A stretch of DNA of 64,000 bases from Cirrosporium novae-zelandiae (taxonomy: Eukaryota), in assembly GCA_026023565.1 (NCBI GenBank), contig JAPETS010000036.1, positions 1 through 64,000 of the forward strand. Reading direction: 5' to 3'. The number at the start of each line of letters is the position of its first letter. Position 1 is the stretch's first letter. The notes below the pieces were generated by a model. It was not told the origin of the DNA. It made no database searches and worked only from the letters and a program-made list of their open reading frames with translations. A program made the position numbers and the translations under genes. Below, piece after piece: positions 26,493 through 40,142 of this stretch.

Positions 26493-28420
26493 ATGGCAGG
26501 CATTTTCGAACAGTCTCGCAATTCAGGCACACTTTGTCAGTCACCCTCTCCCACAATTTATTCCAAGTTTCCTGACGCTAACTTCTTTGCAGTTCTTGGT
26601 GGGCAGAAAATCAGTGGACAAGATATTCGAGATCAGAATGGTATTTTGATCGCAACCACACTTGTTTTTTAGCTGGGACTTACAAGGGCATATAGTACTG
26701 GCGACACAGGCAATTGCAAATGTTGTGAAGAGTTCCTTTGGCCCATCTGGGCTTGATAAGATGATGGTGGACGATATTGGGGTATGCTACAAATTTATAC
26801 CCACTGCTACTGAAGCAAAGGAGCTGAAGCCTATGTAGGATGTCACGGTTACGAATGATGGAGCCACCATTCTATCCCTACTTGATGTCGAACACCCTGC
26901 TGGTAAGATCCTGGTGGACCTAGCCCAACAACAGGACAAGGAAGTGCGTTTACCCTCACATTTCCTTCCCATATCAGCCAGCTCATATATAATAACAGGT
27001 TGGCGACGGCACGACCTCTGTCGTTCTCATAGCCGCTGAGCTCCTCCGCCGTGGTAACGAGTTAATGAAAAACCGGATCCACCCCACAACAATAATAACA
27101 GGCTACCGACTGGCGCTCCGCGAAGCCGTGAAATACATGTACGACAACATTAGCGTCAAAACCGAGAACCTCTCGCGAGACTCCCTCATTAATATTGCCA
27201 AAACCTCCATGTCCTCTAAGATCATCGGCGGTGACTCCGATTTCTTCGCCAATATGGTCGTAGACGCAATGCAATCCGTCAAGAGCACTAACCAGAGAGG
27301 CGAGGTGAAGTATCCCGTCAAGGCCGTAAATGTACTCAAAGCCCATGGCAAAAGTGCCACAGAATCCATCCTCGTCAAAGGCTATGCTCTCAACTGCACC
27401 GTCGCCTCCCAGGCGATGCGCACCCGCATTCCCGACGCCAAAATCGCCTGCCTAGACATGAACCTCCAAAAAGAGCGCATGAAACTGGGTGTCCAAATCA
27501 CCGTAGACGATCCCCAGCAGCTTGAACAGATCCGCGCCCGCGAAGCCGGCCTGGTGATGGACCGCGTGAACATGATCCTCAAAGCTGGCGCCAATGTGAT
27601 TCTCACTACAAAAGGCATCGATGACCTAGTTCTGAAGCAATTCATTGAAAAAGGCGCCATGGCGGTCCGCCGCTGCAAAAAAGAAGACATCCGCCGCATC
27701 GCTAGGGCAACAGGCGCAACCTTGGTATCCTCCCTGAGCGATCTAAACGGAGACGAGAAATTCGAGTCCAGCTACCTCGGCCAAGCCGAAGAAGTAGTCC
27801 AGGAACGCATTTCAGACGATGAATGCATCTTGGTCAAAGGCACCAAGATCCACTCCGCTGCCAGCATCATCCTCCGCGGCGCCAACGACTTCTCCCTCGA
27901 CGAGATGGAACGCTCTGTTCACGACTCGCTCTCAGCCGTAAAACGCACTCTCGAGAGCGGAAGCATCGTCCCCGGCGGCGGCGCCGTTGAAACAGCCTTG
28001 CACATCTACCTGGAAGCCTTCGCTAGCACCGTGGGCTCCCGGGAACAACTTGCCATTGCCACATTCGCCCAATCCCTCCTCGTGATCCCCAAAACCCTCG
28101 CTATCAATGCCGCCAAGGATTCCTCCGAACTCATGTCCCAGCTCCGGTCCCGCCACGCACTTTCTCAGCGCGTACAGGAGGGCGATGCCAACGAGTCCGA
28201 GAAATCCCTCCTGAAAAAGAAGTCATATAGGAACTATGGGCTGGACTTAACAAAAGGGAAACTAGTGGATGAAATTAAGGCCGGGGTTCTGGAACCTAGC
28301 ATGAGTAAGATCAGACAGTTGAAGAGTGCGGTGGAGGCGTGTGTGGCTATCATGAGAATCGATACACTTATAAAGCTAGACCCTGAGCAAAGGGAGGAGC
28401 AGGATCCGCATGGGCATTAG
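26493..28420 (+). CDS. cct1: T-complex protein 1 subunit alpha (CCT1/TCP1)
   Basis: [53 protein letters not shown] across four short 5' introns; VPGGGAVE in the last exon (ORF 27065-28420). Confidence 0.96.
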
Positions 28421-28986
28421 ACATTATTATTTTGACGATAATGATGTGTTCTGAAATGGAAGAGAAACAAAAGAAATTATAGAAAAGGCATGCCCGTACG
28501 ATATTTATGCTTACACTTACTTATGAACGCAATATGAAAGATGAAGGCCGAGTGACATCGATGGTGTAGGTATTGAGGATTACCAAGGCGGATACTCCTT
28601 TAGGGATATATCCGGCCATTCACTTATATACCTACCTACATGCCATATCTATTTAATGGACGTGGTAAGAAAAGTATAAACACACGATTTTCTGGAAAGT
28701 TGGTAGAATTGTAGCGAACGGCAATTAATAAGTTTCAAGCCCCTAGCCCACACAAAAAATCTCCAGAGATATCCAAAACAAGAAAAGAATCAAAATGGAA
28801 TGTAGCTCCCGTTCCGCAACCACTAATTATATCGACTAGTAATGAGTATAAGGGGGACATAAGCCAAAATAGTTACGTCATCCCATCATCCATGTATCAA
28901 TATCACTGAGTTCGGGTATATTTCTCGTTTTAAAGCCAGAAACTCCAGGGATCCGTAACCATTTTTACTCCGATTATGCATAGACG

Positions 28987-31277
28987 CTATATGAAAGGGT
29001 ACCATGGGCCAACCTGAGGTGCATTGTTCCCCTGCTGTTGATTTGTTGGCGGCCCTGCTTCGGGAACATTCTGGTTTGGCAGGATATTTCTGAGGGGCAG
29101 CCAGGGACGAAATTCAGGCCCGGCGCCGTCTAATACGCCCAGTCCTGGGGGACCATCAGCTACACCTGGTATCATTATAGCAACACCACCTTCAGGCATA
29201 GCATGGTTTGGAAACGGAAAGGGAGCCCTCGGCCCTAAGTTTTGTGGAGCCCATGGATCAAGAAACGGATTATCCCCAGGATCGATTAATCCGTATATCT
29301 TTCCAGGGAGGAGTCTAAAACGCGGCTCTTGAGCACGTACATGAGCTATTTGTGCCGCATTTTGCATTTGTTCATCCACCCTAACATGGGGTACCTGAAG
29401 ATATTCAATATTTCGGATATTCCCACCGTCTCTAGCCTCTGGTATATGTCGTGTGTTAGAATTCCAATTAGCTGATCCTTTCACAGCATCTGAAAGTTTG
29501 ACTTTGATATCCTCCACTGCCAGCTCAGGGTTTTCTGCTTGGGCTTTTGCGATTGCTTCTTTTTCGGCCTCCGCAACTTGCTGTTCATGCATACGGCTGA
29601 GACCGTCCGCATCGTGGAGTACACAGACAGACGCGCCTGGTTGGCCATGAAGGTGGTTCGAAAAATGTGCATATCCACGTTGGGTAATATCCTGCTTGCA
29701 GAGGTAGCAAAACTCCACGTTACACGTTGGACAACGCATCCTATTACAGCCAGATTCTTTCACAGCCGGTGTCTTGCATTTCGGGCATTCCCTAATAAGA
29801 GCAGAAGTCATTGCTTCTTCTACCGCATGTCGTGCTGGAAGCCTGCGTTCTTGTGCAGCCTCTTCGCAGGTTAGGGGGATATGCGAATCCAGATTGCATA
29901 GCCTGCAACTGACTCTTTTACAAAGCTGACAATGAAATTCCCGGTCCACTTCCACAGGCGGTAATATTTCTTTGTAGGAGCAAAATGGGCATTCAGTTAG
30001 CCCGTCTAGGCCAGCCAATTTGATCATTTCTCTTTGCTCATTGCGATCAAGAGCCTCTATCAATTTAGTATCGAGGAATCGGCGGATTTGGTCACGACCA
30101 AACCGGGCCACGCACCCACTCCCATCCATACACTTGAGCTCATATTGAGAGTTGCCGATTATTACCTCAGCTAGGTGTTTGGCACAGCCCAAACAGAAAA
30201 AATGTGGAGTATCTCCACTGCAATAGGTAGACATGTTGAATGGAACCTCATCAAAACAAGTTTGGCACTCGATCATCCCTCCAGAGCCTTTATGTTCTTG
30301 CTCATTAAGTTCCGAGGCTACCTGTGCATCATGCTTGATTTGTCGTTTTGCTGGGTGTCAGGAAATTAGTAGCTGATAATAAAGAAATAAGGCATTCTGG
30401 CATACCTTCTTCTTTTCGAAGCTGTCTCTTTGCTGCCTGGAGCTCTTTCAGCATCCCGTCTTGATCGAATCCTAGGTTATGGTTGTTCATAGTTGGAGAT
30501 GGTCGGGAGAAATTCGTTTTCGGTTTTCTCGGCCGACGAAGATGGTGATAAGCGTGCTTTTGCGGGGCTGGAAATTTTCGTTCCGAGTTTCCAAGATCTA
30601 TGTAGGAAGTATAAAGAGAAATATTTTGTTTCAGGGTAATGTTGATGTGGTCTACAGGTATGAGTGGGAATTCATTCTGGAGAGTTATTTGTCTGCAAGG
30701 AATAAGCGAAAGAGCCTAAACGAACAGCCAAAATTTCTGAAAACCTGTTTACGGTGCACGTTAGCAGAAAGAAAAGAGTAACTCACGCCTTCTTGATATA
30801 ATCAGCATCCTTGTCGGTTTGCTGCCATCTTTCTATGTCGTCTTCACTACTTGTTGAACTATGGGCTCTCTTGCGGCTGTTTGAGCCTAGCTCATTTGCT
30901 TCCTTTGGGTACTTCCCAGCCTCAATAATATCAAGAATGATTTCTTGGCAAATATATTCAAAGGAGTGACTTGCTTCGGAAGAACTAAGTTTGTTCTTGC
31001 AGATTTGGTGGATATGACGGTGGCTCGCATCGGGGAATACTTCTAAGACCTTATCGAAACAAACATTCTCTTCCATTCCTCTAGATTCTTCGGGCGTTGG
31101 TGCCTCGTTCAGGTAAACCTTTTGATTGTCTGTGGCACTGTTATCACTTTGTTGGGCATGAGTGCCAGTAGGCGTAAAATTCCGAGCAGGCCGGTAACCG
31201 AACTCAGGAGGTTGAAGTTCATTCTCACTACTGTCAGAGGAGATCTCGATCGGAGAGTCGGGGCCTAGGGAATCCAT
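28987..31277 (-). CDS. RBR (RING-IBR-RING) E3 ubiquitin ligase, RNF216/TRIAD3-like
   Basis: Exons 31277-30787, 30692-30406 and 30350-28987. RING1 CQTCFD..HFFCLGC, IBR CPFC..CQLC..CRLC..HIPLTC, RING2 CPKC..GCNRMRC..FCYLC. Confidence 0.85.
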
Positions 31278-32206
31278 GGTATGTGTTTGACCTTGTCGTC
31301 CGCGTCTATGGATGAATGTTGAAAGTCGACGCAAATGAATTTGTATGGACATCAGTGTGGCAGAGAAACCCCTCAGCAAATCTAGAATAGGCAGGACAAT
31401 AGTACAACTAGTCGAATGATTGCTATCGTAGGTAGGAAGAATGAGCCTGGAGGTGTTAGATTGGATCACTGATTTAATGCAGAGTCATCAAGTAAGACAA
31501 TTATGGGCACGGCAAAAGCAGCCAAATAGATATTCGTTTGACACAATCATTCCTGGACACCTCAACACCTGTGTTGGGCGAGTTCCATGGAAGTGGAAGG
31601 AAGGCAATGCAAAAAGGTTCTCGAGCCTCAAAGGTTCCAAGGGATAAGAGGCCGTGGTTAACAATGAATGAATGAATTATTTCAGAGATTTGAGAATTCT
31701 TTAAGCCTAGATCCGATAGCTAGATATGATATTTATTGTTGCTGCTCATTTAGAGGGCTTGAAAGACTTTAAAGAAAGAGGGAGGTGAAAGTTTGTAACC
31801 GTGAGGCTAGGCAGGGTGGTCGGTAAGAGAAAGACTGCCCCGTACAGTACATGTACAATTAATTGCACGAGGACAACTTGATGTTCTGCAGTGAAACGAA
31901 AGGCATACAGAAGGAGAGCTTTACCTAGATTTAAGAGCTGTGAGAGGCCTAATTAGGGCGAGACGTTGTGGGGAAAAGAAAAAAGCATTGGAGCCTTTTT
32001 AAGTTCTGTGATGGTACATGTATGTAAGATGGACTAGACTAGCATGAATAACACACTAGACTAATCGGCGGAATTGATACACATGCGGGGCAGAACAGAA
32101 CACAGCTGCCGATGACCACCAGTTTTTGATCTCTGCCTTAGCCCTTATGTGTCAAGATCTAACCAAATATCATGATTCATGACCGTACTTGGTACTTGAT
32201 ACAGCC

Positions 32207-33459
32207 ATGCTCTCATCTTCTTCCTCTCTGCCTGAGGCCTCATCTCCTTCGTTGGCTTTAGTACCTGCTACCCCACAGGAGATTATCGAATGCGCGAAGC
32301 TCAACTTCTCTGCCTGGGCAGGGCCACTCTCTCTCGAATCTTACCTACAAAGAGAGTCTTTCCTAGCTACCCAAGGCCTGACCAAGGATGGTGGAATTAC
32401 AACATGGATTCTAGTCGATACTTCTACCAAAAATCGGATAATTCTTAGTGCCTGTGAAAGCATCCGAAAGAGGGCTTTACTTTATCATAATGGAAAACTT
32501 GAGGAAGTTACCGCCCATGGTGTTGCAAGTGTTTATTGTCGACCCGAGTTTCGGGGGCGAGGTTATGCCTCAAGGTTGATAAAGGAGTTAGGCGACAAGT
32601 TAAGAACATGGCATCATCAAGAAGCTGTTTTTGCCGTTCTCTATTCAGATATTGGAAAGGTGAGATGACTGCCTTCGATTCCACTACAGATTTTAATGTG
32701 CTAATAATATTTTTTTAGAAATTCTACACTGCTCATGGTTGGAATCCATTTCCCTCGACTCATATCAGTTTACCTGCTGTTCTCAATGGCGATAGAGCCT
32801 CCTCAACCCCTATATTCACTTCAAATTTAGCTGAATACTGCAGGGACGATGAAAATGCTCTACGCAAAAGCCTCAGTAGTAATTCTAATCTATCATCAAA
32901 TACTAAAGTGGCACTCATTCCAGATGCAGAGACAATGCACTGGCATCATGCTAGGGAGGAATTTCTTGCCAAGGAACTCTTTGGTCGGCTTCCAGATAAA
33001 AAAGGTGCGGCTGTAGGGTCGGCCCCTGGAGAGAGGGTTTGGTGTATCTGGACCCGGACCTTTGGCGACAATGAGAATCCTCATGTTCTACGTATCCTTC
33101 GAATGGTCGTAGAAGGAGAGGACTGGCAATCCAGACTTGGTCAGGGCAATGAAGGTAACGAGGATAGGTGTAGTCAGCCACTAGCGAAGTTACAGGGGGA
33201 AAATAGGGATGAGAAAGTCTTGAAAATAATGACTGCACTCAGTGAAGCTCAAGCAGAGGCTCAAAGATGGAACATATCCGAAGTGCAGTTGTGGAATCCA
33301 AGCCCCTTGACCATCTTAGCAGCAAAAAATATCGATCCTTCCATTACCGTGGTTAATCGCGAAGAGACTAGTATTGCCAGCTTGAAATGGTATGGTGTTG
33401 CTAACAAGTTATACAACTCTGTTGAATGGATTGCAAATGAGAAGTATGGATGGTGTTAG
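32207..33459 (+). CDS. GNAT-family N-acetyltransferase (LYC1-like lysine acetyltransferase)
   Basis: HGVASVYCRPEFRGRGYAS acetyl-CoA motif; LYSDIGK|KFY across intron 32660-32718; WHHAREEF; ends EKYGWC. Confidence 0.85.
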
Positions 33460-33706
33460 ACGCAACTTAGATGCACAATAGACCTATACATTTCGAGAGT
33501 TGAAACCTATGATGAACCTTTGATAATCTAAATTTAATATAGATACTATGTTTTGGGTTTACGGCCTTGATCTCCATCTCCAGCCCATCTCCAGTGGACA
33601 GCGAGCCTATCAAACTCGGGGAATTGCAGCACCAGATTTTTTCGAAACTCGGTTAAAAGCTGGACTTGATATTAAATATTCAAATATTATGCCATGGCTA
33701 CAAGAC

Positions 33707-34931
33707 CTACTTTCTATCCCTTTTGAATTTTTCGTGCCATTTTCTCACCGGAGCCTTTTGTATCCCAGCTTTAGCAAGTGAAGGGTTGACGTGACTCTCA
33801 GTATGCGGAATATGTCTTGATCGTCTTAGAAATCTCACGGTTGAACTGTTCGGTTGTGTGTATAGACCCTGCTAATGGTTAGTGGTTATCCAATGATAAA
33901 GGGTAAAGAATTTTAACCTGAAGTTTGCTTAAACTGGCGTCTTGTCGCCAGCATTCCGGGAGAAGAGCTCTCCATTGTTCGAGAAAATGTACAGTAATGA
34001 CAGAACCATCTTTCGCAATTGATTCCAATAAGATCTCCCCCAGCCATAAACAACATTTATCTCGTCTCAAATTAATAACTATCTACATTAGCACAGCTCT
34101 TGAAGCTTGGTACCATGTGCTTACAATCTCCATGTTCAATTGCAGTTGGGCTTTCTGTGGATAAATTAGCAATCACGGCGTAGAAAATCGGTAATATACC
34201 GCCATCTTCTTCCATTTCCTTTTCCAATGGCATCATCACAAAGGGTTGATCCAAGGATATATCATGTGTAGCTGCAGATGATTGTAATATCTCCCATGTC
34301 CGTTTCAACGTAGTTGCATCGGGTCTCCAGGGAATACCATCTAACTCGAAGGCACAAATCTCCTGCCATGCAGCCTCACATTCTGCCTTTGATGCTGGAA
34401 TATCTTTAAAGATTGCAAGCTTAGAATTTATATTTGTATTCGCATCGGAAAGCGAAGACTTTTCTGTATCGGCATCGAAAACCGGTATGAGCCGTTCCAA
34501 AATCAAGCTGGGCGCCGAGTCATGTACATGCAACTCTAAGGTATTTCGACATTGTGCAATTGCTAATAGCGATGTTGCAAGCTTTGAGGAAGGTAAATTG
34601 GCTTGTTTCTCGAGATAGGGTTTAATTATGAAGACGGAGTTCGAGGATTGTCGCTGGCGGATTTGAAATGTCTTATCATCAGTGCATAGTACTGCATGAC
34701 CAGATGTCGCATCGTCGCTTGAGGAAGGATCTTGGACATATGATTTCAATGATAAACTAATTATTTTTGTCATTAGAGAGGGGTAGCTTGATGTCAAATA
34801 TGGTGGGGGGAAACTTACTGGGGTGGCTGTTCCGACTCAAGCAATTGAACAAGTTCTGGAGGAAGTTCAAGGAGACGGAAGTTCTCTTGACCATGTAAAG
34901 CGAAGTTGAACTCCATTCGTAGACTTCTCAT
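33707..34931 (-). CDS. dcc1: Sister chromatid cohesion protein Dcc1 (Ctf18-RFC accessory subunit)
   Basis: FRLLELPPEL in exon 1; HAVLCTDDKTFQIRQRQSSNSVF; FLEQWRALLPE; terminal RKWHEKFKRDRK-stop at 33707; about 3 introns. Confidence 0.85.
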
Positions 34932-35425
34932 TCAAAGGACTCCTTAGTTAAATATATCTGATCCGTGCTACAGAGGAGCTGTCAAGAGTTTCCTAGCGAC
35001 ATCAGATAATTGGTTGGAGATATGATAAGATGATCTCTAATTTTGGAGCTGAAGATCATCTGCAGGAACTTGATTAGTGTAACTTTAATTCATATCGTGG
35101 TTGGAGGTGAGTTGGTGAGTTGTGTGTGGCCAACCAAAATCAAGATGATTTCGTGAGAATTACTTCAACTTTTATCAACCTTGAGCACTGCTTACCTGGT
35201 GCATGTTCTGCGACCCTGTTGGTAGGGTTTGATCGGGCAATGGCCTCTGGACTAATGCAGCATATTTTCAAGACGCGACTTCCCGGTGTTTACATGCAGT
35301 TGCGTCTTACCTTAAATATAAACCCAGCATAGGCCGTGTTTATTTTTTGATTTGCGGCCTATCCTGCGACCACGCTTTCAGGTATTTTCCAGCCTTTGAA
35401 GCGCAATTCTGACCAGGTCGCCAAC

Positions 35426-38400
35426 ATGGCCGTTGTATCAGGACCATTGCCGCCAGTTCTGGCCACGAATGAGGCGCTGACTCTCTTTTCCACCACCGAT
35501 CCTTATCTACCAAGCACTCGTTGGTTGCTCTTTTACGGTCCTGCCTCAAATACCAATGTGAACAGTTCGCGGATCCAAGCGCACATTTTCTCTCCGGCAG
35601 GCTTCAAAAGCTTCCCGAAGCTCATCGTCGCCCCAACTTCACCTCTCTATGCTGCCGTCAACCACCTCCCACGGGAGGAGCAAGGGGATGATATCAGCCG
35701 GGGACTTGCTGTTAGTATGCTAAAGTACTTTGCAGAACTTCCAGTGGGTGTGAAGGAAATCCTGGCACAAAATCTGAATCAGACCAGTCGAAGTCGTCTA
35801 GCTCCAAAGATGTTTGACGAGATGCATGCCGCTACAATATCTACAAGGATGGTGGAGGTTAAAAATACAAGTCAGATAGTTGAAACGCTCATGGAGAGCT
35901 TTCCAGAAAGAACAGTATCTTGGATTGATGTGGACCTTGCCCTCCCAAATGGAATACCGGCAAATGAGAGTAAGCTAGAAGACCAGAAGGGAGAAGTGTC
36001 AACTAGAGATGATGGTCTTGAGAAATATGGAAAATATGCGCCATTGGTTGAGATCCTTGGTGAACCAGCGTTTCTACCTACATCAAAACTACGGCGAGCA
36101 CCATCTCAAGTATCAAAATCGAGCCGCGATGTGAAATTTCTCAGGCAGCAAAAGGAATCACTTCGCCGGACAATGTGTGAGGTAGTTGATACGGAAGAAC
36201 GTTATGTCAGTAAACTCTATGACCTTTTAAACAATATAGCCAAGGAATTCCGCCAAAAAGCAAGCTCCCGACCAGCAACCAGCACAAGCCCGACCGAATC
36301 AGCATTGGCCAGATTGTTTCCGGCTAGTCTAGATCAAATTCTCAAGGTCAACACTGAGTTTCTAGAAGTGATACGGAAGGTCCTCGAAGACACTGACGAA
36401 ATAGCTATGCAAGACATTCAAGCTGATGATGAACAAACAAGCCAAATACCTAGGAGAGGCTCACATAGCGATCCAACTGGCCTTTCGATTTTTGCTAAAG
36501 CATTAAATGAATGGTTTCCAAAGTTTCGTACACCGTATGAAGAATATATGCGTGCTAGCACAGGCTTTTCAAAGGCTCTACAGGATTTTACAAGAGATAC
36601 AGCTTCGAGCTTTTCCAAACGTGTCCAAGAAACAGGTGAACAAAAATTAAAATCCATGCTCATAGAACCAGTTCAAAGGCTGCCGAGATATAGCCTATTC
36701 ATTGATACAATGATCAATGTCCTCCCAGCATCGTTTCCTGCTGTGAAATCTTTACTCAAAGCCCGGGACATTATCACTGATATCTGTTCATTGGATTCAG
36801 ATTCTCCGTCAGATGCTTCACGTGTATTAAAGGTTCTTCAACGATTCATCAATGACTGGCCCCCAGCTTTGGTATTGAAAGGCAGACTTATCAACGTAAT
36901 GGATATTCATGAATTTGAACCAGCATATCAAACTTACACTTATGGCACCCCTGACCCAGATTCTGTCCTGTTAATGTTTACAGACATTCTGATAATTGCA
37001 AGAAAGCCATCTGGTTGCAAAACATCTGCACGAGACATTATGGCTGAGATAGATCATGCTGCCGTGTCTGTCTCAAATAACTCTAATAAACACATGGATT
37101 CCACTAAACTCCATTTCCAGAGTTGGGAATTTCTACATAACCTCCAAGCCAGCGAATCACAAGGAGGCCGCATATTGTGGCTTACAGGCTCTCCTGAAGG
37201 ATCTAAACCGAACAAAATCGGCCATTTTGGACAGAAGCTACGATCATTCTACCTGCTTAATTCACGACAGGGTAGATTCTCTCATTTCGTTGAAGATTTT
37301 GTCAAGGCCCGCGTGGAAGGTCGATTTAGTGAATCTGAACGAGAAAGTGGAAAGTGGTCCCTTAGGCGTATGGAAAGTCAACAAGCATTGAACCTTCTCA
37401 CATCGATATTTGAAAGCGGTGCCGATGGGTCCAGCCGAGATGCTACAATTGGTGCCACCGTCAAGATTTTTATCTGTGATGACTCAAATCCAGCCCGGTC
37501 AGACGCCAAGGACTCTACAGAAATCGTTGCTACTATTTCAGTATTGGGAGATAGACGTTATCGCATCGATTGTTCTGGACTACCCAACAGCCGGACTCAA
37601 GATACCGTTGAGTTGAAAGAGGTCTCGCCGACTCTACTGAAAAGATGTAAGACGCCTAGAATATACTCCTAGCACCGAACTAATGTCCATAGTGCACAAC
37701 CTCCTCACGCTCCAATTCAATATGCAAAACCCTCAGTTGGCAGAATCTATTATTATTTACAACCGCGACATCCTTGATTCCCTCCATGTACATGCCGATG
37801 GGGAGAGACACACCAGGTCTTTTCGCCCACCTTCTCCTGTTAAATTATTTTCATCCTTGCTCGGGAACTCCTCTTTCCGCGAGCCTAGTAGTCCAACAAA
37901 GCGAGGTGCTCTTTCTATCACTGACAATATTCCCCGGCTTTCACCACCAGCCAAGCCAACTTTTAGTCAAGATAATCATAACCATGATAATGCCGTCAAA
38001 CGTGTTAATGTTGTAGAGTCAGACACGGAGAATAAATCATTTGACTCCATACAAGCACTTGAAGGCACATTCCACACTTATGCTCTGGCCCTGGAGTCAC
38101 GCAGCGGAAACATTGTTGGCCGAGTACTTAGATCCCGCGGAGGAGCCGATGAATTGATGGTTAACGAGCTCTACAATGCATTACTAGAAGACTCCTCCCA
38201 AATTCAGGCTGCCGCTGAAGCAACCATCGACGTTCTTTTCTCTGCGTTTGAGAAATTCATGGGCAATGCATGGCAGGAAAAAGTGGGACCAATTTTAAGT
38301 GCAGAGACTCTTGATTCGATCCAGGAACAGTTCTCCAGCATGCGACCAGACGAATTTATGTCCTCATTTTCAATAACTCTGGAGAACTTTATTCCACAGA

Positions 38401-40142
38401 ATCGAAGAGTATTTGTGACCCTAGTGGGACTACTGGCAAGATTACTAGACGCTTCTGGCAATGATGGAGATCGTGGCGCTCTCACAGAGGCCTTTGCAGA
38501 GCTTCTTGTTGGCAAAGGAAAACGCCATGAAGCAATCCCTCTCCTAGACCGGCTAGTTGATAATGCGGATAGGTTATTCGAAGGTACGTGACATTTTCGG
38601 TTTGTTGACAAAACGGTTACTTAACTTCTTAGGTGGTTCCCTATCCTCAACTTCCGGGTCGACAAATACAATCGGAAAGATATACTCTTTAAATGCGGGT
38701 TCAGTGAATTCCAATACTTCCTCTTTTCGCAGAAGGTTTGGTCTAGGTCGCGCAGGTAGCAAAAATGATCCGGACTCTAGAGTTAACTCAATCTGGCGAA
38801 CACTTAGGACCAAAGGCATATACGAACCCTCTTCCTTATCTGGGAATTCTTCTTCCGCCAACTTGATTAGATCAAAATCTATCGACACTGACACCAGGCT
38901 CTTCGCTACTAGACGCCCTGGATCTAGAGACAAACTGCTGTTGACTGCTTCAACGGAAAACATTCCTAGCCAACATGCCCATGCTACTAGCACTCATATC
39001 GCTGAGCTTCATGGCACCGGCCCAACCCATGCACGTGCGGAGTCCCATTCCTCCATAAAGAAGAAACGCCGAAGCTCTCTTTCCGACCTCCCAGACCTAC
39101 AACAGCTCCCGTCCACTCCCAATCGAGATCAAAGTATAGTACAACACAGCCAAAGTCCACTGCAGCAACAGCGGCCCAGTGGAATTAATGCAAGGCAAAC
39201 CACCCCCCCCTCCATGATCCCCAGATCCGTATCGCGAGATATTAGATCTTCCCCTAAGCTCAGGTCACCTGTCTCCTTGAAAAAGGAGAATTCGCCTTTA
39301 GCTAGTCGCAACAGGGCTCTAACGGATAGAGTATTAGCCGAGCGATCCCTCAATAAAGGGGCCGATGAGCTTATTATGACCTCGATCAATTCTCCCAAAG
39401 TTGGGGGGCCAACCACTGGCACTGGGTCCAGATCCGGTCCAAGAGACATGCCTGGAAGAATGAAGTCGAATTCGGTATCAATTGTGTCGTCAAAGAAATA
39501 TCCTCAACCACAACAAAGATTACGAATGCAAAGTCCTCAAAAGGTACAGTATTCACTTTCACGTGGTTTCTATTTCCATGAATTCAATCTAATAACTTGG
39601 TCCAGTTACGTGAACGCCTTAAAGGCGAACGCCAGGCTCTCGAGGGCGCCGAAGTCAGTTTACAGGCTGAACTTCGCAAGATCGGGCAAGAACTATCCGG
39701 GCAACAGAAACAGGGACAAGGTCCAAGTAGCTCCCCCCAAGCCCGAAAGTCATCGGTATCCGGGCCAAGCTCCCCTACTCGAAATGCACTTATACGTGTA
39801 GCATCTATAGAGTCCAAGAACCAGACAACCATTAAGGAATTGACAAACCGCATTTCAGGGTTGGAGAAGGATCTCGAATACTCGCTTCAGGTCAGTGAAA
39901 AACGGGCGAAAGGTCTAGACCAGCTCTACAGGGAAGCAAATGCCGAAAACGAGATGCTCTATGAGAGATTCAACGATGAGTTAGACAAGATTTCGAAGAC
40001 CATAAAGGCCGATCCCGAGAAAGGATTAGAGGAACTGCAGAGCAAGATGAAGGCATTAGGCGAAGAAGCTGGAAAGTTGAGAAGGGAGAACCAGAGACTC
40101 AAGAGGGAAAATGTAGGGTTGAGAGGACGGCTGTTAGAGTAG
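35426..40142 (+). CDS. bud3: Rho guanine nucleotide exchange factor, Bud3-like (septation)
   Basis: DH domain (LRRTMCEVVDTEERYVSKLYDL...LKSMLIEPVQRLPRYSL). N-terminal IQAHIFSPAGF..LYAAVNHLPRE. C-terminal coiled coil (NAENEMLYERFNDEL). Introns at about 37647-37692, 38584-38632 and 39544-39605. Confidence 0.8.
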